NCBI GenBank assembly: GCA_977017575.1
Contig: CDRNVI010000088.1
Span: forward strand, 1-64,000
DNA length: 64,000 bases
Source: Paramoeba atlantica
Lineage: Eukaryota; Protista; Discosea
Reading direction: 5' to 3'
In this document: piece by piece, positions 1 to 11,093 of the stretch
How the letters are laid out: the number at the start of each line of letters is the position of its first letter
How positions within the stretch are numbered: the stretch's first letter is position 1
The notes under the pieces: model-generated
Told to the model about the DNA's origin: nothing
The model's database searches: none
Seen by the model: only the letters and a program-made list of their open reading frames with translations
Program-made: the position numbers and the translations under genes

Positions 1-182
1 TTTCCCTTTGTAGTGAGGCCGCCAGGTTGCGAGTTTTGTCGATAGCTGGAATCGAACCCAGAACCTGCAGGTTGTAAGACCCACCGTCTAACAACTACGC
101 CCGTACCGCACAACTACGCCCGCACCGCGCCAGTAATAATGCTCGCCAGTAATAATGTAAGTAATAACCGCCAGTAATAATG

Positions 183-260
183 TGATGAGCGGGTTTGAAC
201 TCGCTGTATGGGCACCATGTTCTTCAAACTTTGAATTCTTGCCACTCCGCCACCTCACTA
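183..260 (-). other. Degenerate tRNA-like module with Pol III A and B boxes (one per array unit; a second copy lies at ~985-1075)
   Basis: The minus strand reads TGGCGGAGTGG (A box, 252-242), then 39 nt, then GAGTTCAAACCC (B box, 202-191). It has a TTCAAAG anticodon-like loop. The acceptor stem pairs only 5/7. Confidence 0.6.
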
Positions 261-984
261 CTCAACTCAATACACAACTACGCTCTTCTTGGGTGTCTGG
301 TTGGTAAAGTGTTTTGGTTGCCGTGTTCCAGCGGTTGCTGTTGAAACGTGTGGCGGCCATGCGCTTTGGACTACAGCTTCGTCGTGGGAGATTCGTTCGA
401 ATTTTCAAGTCTCTTTAAGCCGGTGGATAATTGTCTGTATTTCACTTCTGTTGTTCCTCCTATCCTTGCTCATCTTAACGAACACTAGTAAAGAGGGTTT
501 CTTTTACAATGCAAAAACGCAAACTCACGTACAGTAGTTTTGAAGTGTTTTATTATAAATAATATTACTTGTAACCCTGTGTTTTTAACTTTAACACAAA
601 GAACATTCTTCCATACTCTTAAACAGCGATGAACTATCCGTCCGAACGTTCTCAATCCAAACCGAGACTCTCATCGCCCAAATCCAAAATCCAAATCATT
701 CCGGATTGCTCCGGATAGTCACTGGCAAGCCAGACCCTTCACAGACAGATTTGGAAGTTCCGAGGCCGACGTCCTCTACCAGTTTCCGCTTTTCCAAGGC
801 GGCACCAACGTGCTGTTGCCAACACGCTGCGTCGACGAATTGTACGTCAACACGGCCTACCCAAGAGGTGTAAGCCGGGTAAGGGAGCTGGTTCCCTGAG
901 GGGAGGGTCCGGGACGGTCCTCCGAGTACTGGGCCTAGTCGGTTATCAGCCCAGCCTCTTAGAGCGCGGCCGCCGGGAATATTG

Positions 985-1075
985 CGATGAACGGGTTTGA
1001 ACTCGCCGTCTGAGCACCATGTGCTTCAAACTTTGAATTCTTGCCACTCCGCCACCTCCGCCCACTCCGCCACCT
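985..1075 (-). other. Second tRNA-like A/B-box module of the unit, with a duplicated A box and an AGCAC-ATG-GTGCT variable-arm-like hairpin
   Basis: Direct-repeat homologue of 185-255. The B box is at 993-1004 and the A boxes at 1044-1054 and 1062-1072. Confidence 0.55.
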
Positions 1076-1231
1076 CCGCCCTGGTGCCGCCTTGGACAAG
1101 AGGAAACTGGTAGAGGACGTCGGCCTCGGAACTTCCGAATCTGTCTGTGAAGGGTCTGGCTTGCCAGCGACCATCCGGAGCAATCCGGAATGATTTGGAT
1201 GATGATGATGATGATTTTGGTCACCATCCCG

Positions 1232-1538
1232 GTAGCTACCCGGACGGGCGTCCAACCCCGTTGCATCGTGTAGGCTGTGTCTCAAGCCTTCTTTGCGTAA
1301 GCAGCTCGCATTTAGCGGCTGCGCTGGGGCCTGGTTCGGCGAGGCGGTTCCGGGTCGGTCCTCCAGGGGAGCGGGGTTGGGTGTGGGCCTTGAAGGCACT
1401 ACTGATCGCTTTCCCTTTGTAGTGAGGCCGCCAGGTTGCGAGTTTTGTCGATAGCTGGAATCGAACCCAGAACCTGCAGGTTGTAAGACCCACCGTCTAA
1501 CAACTACGCCCGTACCGCACAACTACGCCCGCACCGCG
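1232..1538 (-). mobile_element. 5' ~290 nt of the tRNA-like SINE (one per array unit)
   Basis: Reverse-complement near-identity to 17037-17325. It contains the B box GGTTCGATTCC, and the 19-nt head is tandemly duplicated. Confidence 0.8.
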
Positions 1539-2375
1539 CCAGTAATAATGCTCGCCAGTAATAATGTAAGTAATAACCGCCAGTAATAATGTGATGAGCG
1601 GGTTTGAACTCGCTGTATGGGCACCATGTTCTTCAAACTTTGAATTCTTGCCACTCCGCCACCTCACTACTCAACTCAATACACAACTACGCTCTTCTTG
1701 GGTGTCTGGTTGGTAAAGTGTTTTGGTTGCCGTGTTCCAGCGGTTGCTGTTGAAACGTGTGGCGGCCATGCGCTTTGGACTACAGCTTCGTCGTGGGAGA
1801 TTCGTTCGAATTTTCAAGTCTCTTTAAGCCGGTGGATAATTGTCTGTATTTCACTTCTGTTGTTCCTCCTATCCTTGCTCATCTTAACGAACACTAGTAA
1901 AGAGGGTTTCTTTTACAATGCAAAAACGCAAACTCACGTACAGTAGTTTTGAAGTGTTTTATTATAAATAATATTACTTGTAACCCTGTGTTTTTTAACT
2001 TTAACACAAAGAACATTCTTCCATACTCTTAAACAGCGATGAACTATCCGTCCGAACGTTCTCAATCCAAAACCGAGACTCTCATCGCCCAAATCCAAAA
2101 TCCAAATCATTCCGGATTGCTCCGGATAGTCACTGGCAAGCCAGACCCTTCACAGACAGATTTGGAAGTTCCGAGGCCGACGTCCTCTACCAGTTTCCGC
2201 TTTTCCAAGGCGGCACCAACGTGCTGTTGCCAACACGCTGCGTCGACGAATTGTACGTCAACACGGCCTACCCAAGAGGTGTAAGCCGGGTAAGGGAGCT
2301 GGTTCCCTGAGGGGAGGGTCCGGGACGGTCCTCCGAGTACTGGGCCTAGTCGGTTATCAGCCCAGCCTCTTAGAG

Positions 2376-2943
2376 TTTATAAAGATACAGTTTCTGTACC
2401 TTGTTGCCCTTCTTTTCTTTTCCCGGAAACGGGCATACATTTTCCTTTTAAATGCCCGTTTCCGGCTGACGGCTAGCAGGGACTGTCCCTCTTTGTCGTG
2501 GAAGTAGGGGACGTACTTCCGACTTTTCACCCCTCCCCGGCTCACTCCTTGAGTGAGTTTTTTTTCCCTCCCCGGCTTTCTTCTTCTCGCGCCTGTCTCT
2601 TCCCGGGAGCTATGCGCCATGGTGGCCTCCCTTGAGGACCACTGGGCGTGACTCTGCCTCGCATTATCGCGAGGCAGCGGTCGGTTGCAGTGCGCCCCTC
2701 CGGCTGCGTAAAGAGGTGGTGAGTTGCCTGGACCACCTCTACCGACTGGGACCGAGTCGGTTGCAGTACGCCCCTCCGGCTGCGTAAAGAGAGGGCGAGT
2801 TGCCTGGACCCCCTCTACCGACCGAGTCCGTGTCGAACCCCCTTTGGCGACATCCGTTGTGGGCGGATTATGTGCCGATGATATCGGCCGTCGCATTAAG
2901 AGGATTATCTCTGCGCCAAAGAGCGCATGATAAACAAACAAAG
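2376..2943 (+). mobile_element. 568-bp SL-headed, A-rich-tailed non-coding retro-insertion (copy 1)
   Basis: Present only in B units, between TAGAG and CG(C/A)GGCC of the empty A unit. It starts with ATAAAGATACAGTTTCTGTACCTTGTTG (2379-2406) and ends ATAAACAAACAAAG. Confidence 0.8.
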
Positions 2944-5767
2944 CGAGGCCGCCGGGAATATTGCGATGAACGGGTTTGAACTCGCCGTCTGAGCACCATG
3001 TGCTTCAAACTTTGAATTCTTGCCACTCCGCCACCTCCGCCCACTCCGCCACCTCCGCCCTGGTGCCGCCTTGGACAAGAGGAAACTGGTAGAGGACGTC
3101 GGCCTCGGAACTTCCGAATCTGTCTGTGAAGGGTCTGGCTTTCCAGCGACCATCCGGAGCAATCCGGAATGATTTGGATGATGATGATGATGATTTTGGT
3201 CACCATCCCGGTAGCTACCCGGACGGGCGTCCAACCCCGTTGCATCGTGTAGGCTGTGTCTCAAGCCTTCTTTGCGTAAGCAGCTCGCAATTTAGCGGCT
3301 GCGCTGGGGCCTGGTTCGGCGAGGCGGTTCCGGGTCGGTCCTCCAGGGGAGCGGGGTTGGGTGTGGGCCTTGAAGGCACTACTGATCGCTTTCCCTTTGT
3401 AGTGAGGCCGCCAGGTTGCGAGTTTTGTCGATAGCTGGAATCGAACCCAGAACCTGCAGGTTGTAAGACCCACCGTCTAACAACTACGCCCGTACCGCAC
3501 AACTACGCCCGCACCGCGCCAGTAATAATGCTCGCCAGTAATAATGTAAGTAATAACCGCCAGTAATAATGTGATGAGCGGGTTTGAACTCGCTGTATGG
3601 GCACCATGTTCTTCAAACTTTGAATTCTTGCCACTCCGCCACCTCACTACTCAACTCAATACACAACTACGCTCTTCTTGGGTGTCTGGTTGGTAAAGTG
3701 TTTTGGTTGCCGTGTTCCAGCGGTTGCTGTTGAAACGTGTGGCGGCCATGCGCTTTGGACTACAGCTTCGTCGTGGGAGATTCGTTCGAATTTTCAAGTC
3801 TCTTTAAGCCGGTGGATAATTGTCTGTATTTCACTTCTGTTGTTCCTCCTATCCTTGCTCATCTTAACGAACACTAGTAAAGAGGGTTTCTTTTACAATG
3901 CAAAAACGCAAACTCACGTACAGTAGTTTTGAAGTGTTTTATTATAAATAATATTACTTGTAACCCTGTGTTTTTTAACTTTAACACAAAGAACATTCTT
4001 CCATACTCTTAAACAGCGATGAACTATCCGTCCGAACGTTCTCAATCCAAAACCGAGACTCTCATCGCCCAAATTCAAAATCCAAATCATTCCGGATTGC
4101 TCCGGATAGTCACTGGCAAGCCAGACCCTTCACAGACAGATTTGGAAGTTCCGAGGCCGACGTCCTCTACCAGTTTCCGCTTTTCCAAGGCGGCACCAAC
4201 GTGCTGTTGCCAACACGCTGCGTCGACGAATTGTACGTCAACACGGCCTACCCAAGAGGTGTAAGCCGGGTAAGGGAGCTGGTTCCCTGAGGGGAGGGTC
4301 CGGGACGGTCCTCCGAGTACTGCGCCTAGTCGGTTATCAGCCCAGCCTCTTAGAGCGCGGCCGCCGGGAATATTGCGATGAACGGGTTTGAACTCGCCGT
4401 CTGAGCACCATGTGCTTCAAACTTTGAATTCTTGCCACTCCGCCACCTCCGCCCACTCCGCCACCTCCGCCCTGGTGCCGCCTTGGACAAGAGGAAACTG
4501 GTAGAGGACGTCGGCCTCGGAACTTCCGAATCTGTCTGTGAAGGGTCTGGCTTGCCAGCGACCATCCGGAGCAATCCGGAATGATTTGGATGATGATGAT
4601 GATGATTTTGGTCACCATCCCGGTAGCTACCCGGACGGGCGTCCAACCCCGTTGCATCGTGTAGGCTGTGTCTCAAGCCTTCTTTGCGTAAGCAGCTCGC
4701 AATTTAGCGGCTGCGCTGGGGCCTGGTTCGGCGAGGCGGTTCCGGGTCGGTCCTCCAGGGGAGCGGGGTTGGGTGTGGGCCTTGAAGGCACTACTGATCG
4801 CTTTCCCTTTGTAGTGAGGCCGCCAGGTTGCGAGTTTTGTCGATAGCTGGAATCGAACCCAGAACCTGCAGGTTGTAAGACCCACCGTCTAACAACTACG
4901 CCCGTACCGCACAACTACGCCCGCACCGCGCCAGTAATAATGCTCGCCAGTAATAATGTAAGTAATAACCGCCAGTAATAATGTGATGAGCGGGTTTGAA
5001 CTCGCTGTATGGGCACCATGTTCTTCAAACTTTGAATTCTTGCCACTCCGCCACCTCACTACTCAACTCAATACACAACTACGCTCTTCTTGGGTGTCTG
5101 GTTGGTAAAGTGTTTTGGTTGCCGTGTTCCAGCGGTTGCTGTTGAAACGTGTGGCGGCCATGCGCTTTGGACTACAGCTTCGTCGTGGGAGATTCGTTCG
5201 AATTTTCAAGTCTCTTTAAGCCGGTGGATAATTGTCTGTATTTCACTTCTGTTGTTCCTCCTATCCTTGCTCATCTTAACGAACACTAGTAAAGAGGGTT
5301 TCTTTTACAATGCAAAAACGCAAACTCACGTACAGTAGTTTTGAAGTGTTTTATTATAAATAATATTACTTGTAACCCTGTGTTTTTTAACTTTAACACA
5401 AAGAACATTCTTCCATACTCTTAAACAGCGATGAACTATCCGTCCGAACGTTCTCAATCCAAAACCGAGACTCTCATCGCCCAAATCCAAAATCCAAATC
5501 ATTCCGGATTGCTCCGGATAGTCACTGGCAAGCCAGACCCTTCACAGACAGATTTGGAAGTTCCGAGGCCGACGTCCTCTACCAGTTTCCGCTTTTCCAA
5601 GGCGGCACCAACGTGCTGTTGCCAACACGCTGCGTCGACGAATTGTACGTCAACACGGCCTACCCAAGAGGTGTAAGCCGGGTAAGGGAGCTGGTTCCCT
5701 GAGGGGAGGGTCCGGGACGGTCCTCCGAGTACTGGGCCTAGTCGGTTATCAGCCCAGCCTCTTAGAG

Positions 5768-6335
5768 TTTATAAAGATACAGTTTCTGTACCTTGTTGCC
5801 CTTCTTTTCTTTTCCCGGAAACGGGCATACATTTTCCTTTTAAATGCCCGTTTCCGGCTGACGGCTAGCAGGGACTGTCCCTCTTTGTCGTGGAAGTAGG
5901 GGACGTACTTCCGACTTTTCACCCCTCCCCGGCTCACTCCTTGAGTGAGTTTTTTTTCCCTCCCCGGCTTTCTTCTTCTCGCGCCTGTCTCTTCCCGGGA
6001 GCTATGCGCCATGGTGGCCTCCCTTGAGGACCACTGGGCGTGACTCTGCCTCGCATTATCGCGAGGCAGCGGTCGGTTGCAGTGCGCCCCTCCGGCTGCG
6101 TAAAGAGGTGGTGAGTTGCCTGGACCACCTCTACCGACTGGGACCGAGTCGGTTGCAGTACGCCCCTCCGGCTGCGTAAAGAGAGGGCGAGTTGCCTGGA
6201 CCCCCTCTACCGACCGAGTCCGTGTCGAACCCCCTTTGGCGACATCCGTTGTGGGCGGATTATGTGCCGATGATATCGGCCGTCGCATTAAGAGGATTAT
6301 CTCTGCGCCAAAGAGCGCATGATAAACAAACAAAG
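5768..6335 (+). mobile_element. 568-bp SL-headed insertion (copy 2)
   Basis: Near-identical to 2376-2943, offset by 3392 bp. Confidence 0.8.
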
Positions 6336-9159
6336 CGAGGCCGCCGGGAATATTGCGATGAACGGGTTTGAACTCGCCGTCTGAGCACCATGTGCTTCAA
6401 ACTTTGAATTCTTGCCACTCCGCCACCTCCGCCCACTCCGCCACCTCCGCCCTGGTGCCGCCTTGGACAAGAGGAAACTGGTAGAGGACGTCGGCCTCGG
6501 AACTTCCGAATCTGTCTGTGAAGGGTCTGGCTTTCCAGCGACCATCCGGAGCAATCCGGAATGATTTGGATGATGATGATGATGATTTTGGTCACCATCC
6601 CGGTAGCTACCCGGACGGGCGTCCAACCCCGTTGCATCGTGTAGGCTGTGTCTCAAGCCTTCTTTGCGTAAGCAGCTCGCAATTTAGCGGCTGCGCTGGG
6701 GCCTGGTTCGGCGAGGCGGTTCCGGGTCGGTCCTCCAGGGGAGCGGGGTTGGGTGTGGGCCTTGAAGGCACTACTGATCGCTTTCCCTTTGTAGTGAGGC
6801 CGCCAGGTTGCGAGTTTTGTCGATAGCTGGAATCGAACCCAGAACCTGCAGGTTGTAAGACCCACCGTCTAACAACTACGCCCGTACCGCACAACTACGC
6901 CCGCACCGCGCCAGTAATAATGCTCGCCAGTAATAATGTAAGTAATAACCGCCAGTAATAATGTGATGAGCGGGTTTGAACTCGCTGTATGGGCACCATG
7001 TTCTTCAAACTTTGAATTCTTGCCACTCCGCCACCTCACTACTCAACTCAATACACAACTACGCTCTTCTTGGGTGTCTGGTTGGTAAAGTGTTTTGGTT
7101 GCCGTGTTCCAGCGGTTGCTGTTGAAACGTGTGGCGGCCATGCGCTTTGGACTACAGCTTCGTCGTGGGAGATTCGTTCGAATTTTCAAGTCTCTTTAAG
7201 CCGGTGGATAATTGTCTGTATTTCACTTCTGTTGTTCCTCCTATCCTTGCTCATCTTAACGAACACTAGTAAAGAGGGTTTCTTTTACAATGCAAAAACG
7301 CAAACTCACGTACAGTAGTTTTGAAGTGTTTTATTATAAATAATATTACTTGTAACCCTGTGTTTTTTAACTTTAACACAAAGAACATTCTTCCATACTC
7401 TTAAACAGCGATGAACTATCCGTCCGAACGTTCTCAATCCAAAACCGAGACTCTCATCGCCCAAATTCAAAATCCAAATCATTCCGGATTGCTCCGGATA
7501 GTCACTGGCAAGCCAGACCCTTCACAGACAGATTTGGAAGTTCCGAGGCCGACGTCCTCTACCAGTTTCCGCTTTTCCAAGGCGGCACCAACGTGCTGTT
7601 GCCAACACGCTGCGTCGACGAATTGTACGTCAACACGGCCTACCCAAGAGGTGTAAGCCGGGTAAGGGAGCTGGTTCCCTGAGGGGAGGGTCCGGGACGG
7701 TCCTCCGAGTACTGCGCCTAGTCGGTTATCAGCCCAGCCTCTTAGAGCGCGGCCGCCGGGAATATTGCGATGAACGGGTTTGAACTCGCCGTCTGAGCAC
7801 CATGTGCTTCAAACTTTGAATTCTTGCCACTCCGCCACCTCCGCCCACTCCGCCACCTCCGCCCTGGTGCCGCCTTGGACAAGAGGAAACTGGTAGAGGA
7901 CGTCGGCCTCGGAACTTCCGAATCTGTCTGTGAAGGGTCTGGCTTGCCAGCGACCATCCGGAGCAATCCGGAATGATTTGGATGATGATGATGATGATTT
8001 TGGTCACCATCCCGGTAGCTACCCGGACGGGCGTCCAACCCCGTTGCATCGTGTAGGCTGTGTCTCAAGCCTTCTTTGCGTAAGCAGCTCGCAATTTAGC
8101 GGCTGCGCTGGGGCCTGGTTCGGCGAGGCGGTTCCGGGTCGGTCCTCCAGGGGAGCGGGGTTGGGTGTGGGCCTTGAAGGCACTACTGATCGCTTTCCCT
8201 TTGTAGTGAGGCCGCCAGGTTGCGAGTTTTGTCGATAGCTGGAATCGAACCCAGAACCTGCAGGTTGTAAGACCCACCGTCTAACAACTACGCCCGTACC
8301 GCACAACTACGCCCGCACCGCGCCAGTAATAATGCTCGCCAGTAATAATGTAAGTAATAACCGCCAGTAATAATGTGATGAGCGGGTTTGAACTCGCTGT
8401 ATGGGCACCATGTTCTTCAAACTTTGAATTCTTGCCACTCCGCCACCTCACTACTCAACTCAATACACAACTACGCTCTTCTTGGGTGTCTGGTTGGTAA
8501 AGTGTTTTGGTTGCCGTGTTCCAGCGGTTGCTGTTGAAACGTGTGGCGGCCATGCGCTTTGGACTACAGCTTCGTCGTGGGAGATTCGTTCGAATTTTCA
8601 AGTCTCTTTAAGCCGGTGGATAATTGTCTGTATTTTACTTCTGTTGTTCCTCCTATCCTTGCTCATCTTAACGAACACTAGTAAAGAGGGTTTCTTTTAC
8701 AATGCAAAAACGCAAACTCACGTACAGTAGTTTTGAAGTGTTTTATTATAAATAATATTACTTGTAACCCTGTGTTTTTTAACTTTAACACAAAGAACAT
8801 TCTTCCATACTCTTAAACAGCGATGAACTATCCGTCCGAACGTTCTCAATCCAAAACCGAGACTCTCATCGCCCAAATCCAAAATCCAAATCATTCCGGA
8901 TTGCTCCGGATAGTCACTGGCAAGCCAGACCCTTCACAGACAGATTTGGAAGTTCCGAGGCCGACGTCCTCTACCAGTTTCCGCTTTTCCAAGGCGGCAC
9001 CAACGTGCTGTTGCCAACACGCTGCGTCGACGAATTGTACGTCAACACGGCCTACCCAAGAGGTGTAAGCCGGGTAAGGGAGCTGGTTCCCTGAGGGGAG
9101 GGTCCGGGACGGTCCTCCGAGTACTGGGCCTAGTCGGTTATCAGCCCAGCCTCTTAGAG

Positions 9160-9727
9160 TTTATAAAGATACAGTTTCTGTACGTTGTTGCCCTTCTTTT
9201 CTTTTCCCGGAAACGGGCATACATTTTCCTTTTAAATGCCCGTTTCCGGCTGACGGCTAGCAGGGACTGTCCCTCTTTGTCGTGGAAGTAGGGGACGTAC
9301 TTCCGACTTTTCACCCCTCCCCGGCTCACTCCTTGAGTGAGTTTTTTTTCCCTCCCCGGCTTTCTTCTTCTCGCGCCTGTCTCTTCCCGGGAGCTATGCG
9401 CCATGGTGGCCTCCCTTGAGGACCACTGGGCGTGACTCTGCCTCGCATTATCGCGAGGCAGCGGTCGGTTGCAGTGCGCCCCTCCGGCTGCGTAAAGAGG
9501 TGGTGAGTTGCCTGGACCACCTCTACCGACTGGGACCGAGTCGGTTGCAGTACGCCCCTCCGGCTGCGTAAAGAGAGGGCGAGTTGCCTGGACCCCCTCT
9601 ACCGACCGAGTCCGTGTCGAACCCCCTTTGGCGACATCCGTTGTGGGCGGATTATGTGCCGATGATATCGGCCGTCGCATTAAGAGGATTATCTCTGCGC
9701 CAAAGAGCGCATGATAAACAAACAAAG
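9160..9727 (+). mobile_element. 568-bp SL-headed insertion (copy 3)
   Basis: Near-identical to 2376-2943, with one substitution in the SL part (CTGTACGTTGTTG). Confidence 0.8.
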
Positions 9728-10630
9728 CGAGGCCGCCGGGAATATTGCGATGAACGGGTTTGAACTCGCCGTCTGAGCACCATGTGCTTCAAACTTTGAA
9801 TTCTTGCCACTCCGCCACCTCCGCCCACTCCGCCACCTCCGCCCTGGTGCCGCCTTGGACAAGAGGAAACTGGTAGAGGACGTCGGCCTCGGAACTTCCG
9901 AATCTGTCTGTGAAGGGTCTGGCTTGCCAGCGACCATCCGGAGCAATCCGGAATGATTTGGATGATGATGATGATGATTTTGGTCACCATCCCGGTAGCT
10001 ACCCGGACGGGCGTCCAACCCCGTTGCATCGTGTAGGCTGTGTCTCAAGCCTTCTTTGCGTAAGCAGCTCGCAATTTAGCGGCTGCGCTGGGGCCTGGTT
10101 CGGCGAGGCGGTTCCGGGTCGGTCCTCCAGGGGAGCGGGGTTGGGTGTGGGCCTTGAAGGCACTACTGATCGCTTTCCCTTTGTAGTGAGGCCGCCAGGT
10201 TGCGAGTTTTGTCGATAGCTGGAATCGAACCCAGAACCTGCAGGTTGTAAGACCCACCGTCTAACAACTACGCCCGTACCGCACAACTACGCCCGCACCG
10301 CGCCAGTAATAATGCTCGCCAGTAATAATGTAAGTAATAACCGCCAGTAATAATGTGATGAGCGGGTTTGAACTCGCTGTATGGGCACCATGTTCTTCAA
10401 ACTTTGAATTCTTGCCACTCCGCCACCTCACTACTCAACTCAATACACAACTACGCTCTTCTTGGGTGTCTGGTTGGTAAAGTGTTTTGGTTGCCGTGTT
10501 CCAGCGGTTGCTGTTGAAACGTGTGGCGGCCATGCGCTTTGGACTACAGCTTCGTCGTGGGAGATTCGTTCGAATTTTCAAGTCTCTTTAAGCCGGTGGA
10601 TAATTGTCTGTATTTCACTTCTGTTGTTCC

Positions 10631-11041
10631 TCCTATCCTATCCTATAAGACCGATTTGAATCGGTTAAGAACACATCCGTTTTTGTCGTCGCTTCGACGT
10701 CTTTCACTCAGGTGAATTCGCCCTTTCGTGCCCCTTTTTCGCTTAACCGGGCATGCAACTTTGTTTTTTTGGCATCAAATTCTTCAGCACTATTTCCTCA
10801 AATTCCTCAACACTCTTTCAAGAGAATCCACCCCGGCATCCACAGGTGGCGAGGTACCCTTTTTGGAGAGAGAATAACTTTCCACAATCTTGAAGTAATC
10901 CTGTATTTTCCCTAATGGCTTAGGTATTTGGCCACAGTGTTTCCGAGGACGATTCATGGTTTGAAAATCAAAACTCTGTGCAAAGCAAAACGAAACTCAA
11001 TTATCTTCTTTTTTTCATGCACTTGTAGTGCAGCGATTTGT
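10631..11041 (-). mobile_element. 3' fragment of a second (ATAGG)n-tailed retroelement that truncates the array
   Basis: (TCCTA)3 at 10631-10645 on the plus strand joins the array at its own TCCTATCCT. A hairpin at 10650-10665 is homologous to the LINE 3' hairpin. Confidence 0.6.
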
Positions 11042-11093
11042 CTCTACCTTCCTTATCCTATCCTATTAGGCTGACTTGCGTCGGCTGAAAGTA

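Larger units (their letters stand above)
1..10639. repeat. Higher-order tandem array: alternating ~1412-bp (A) and 1980-bp (B) units, super-period 3392 bp
   Basis: The same landmark ORF starts at 289, 1698, 3678, 5090, 7070, 8482 and 10462 (spacings 1409, 1980, 1412, 1980, 1412, 1980). Units are near-identical. The array runs off the left edge of the window and is cut at 10639. Confidence 0.97.

Noticed and set aside
100-185. CRISPR-like short repeats (CAACTACGCCC, CCAGTAATAAT)
   Set aside because: Irregular micro-duplications without unique spacers, no cas genes, and a eukaryotic context.
2379-2406. SL RNA (mini-exon) gene array
   Set aside because: The exon is 5'-truncated and followed by CCC, not the GT intron, and no Sm site or T-tract follows. 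It is a spliced relic, not a gene.
289-10715. Many short ORFs repeated in the array (82, 81, 106, 194 aa, etc.)
   Set aside because: They overlap on both strands, cross module junctions and show no motifs. They are by-products of GC-rich repeats.
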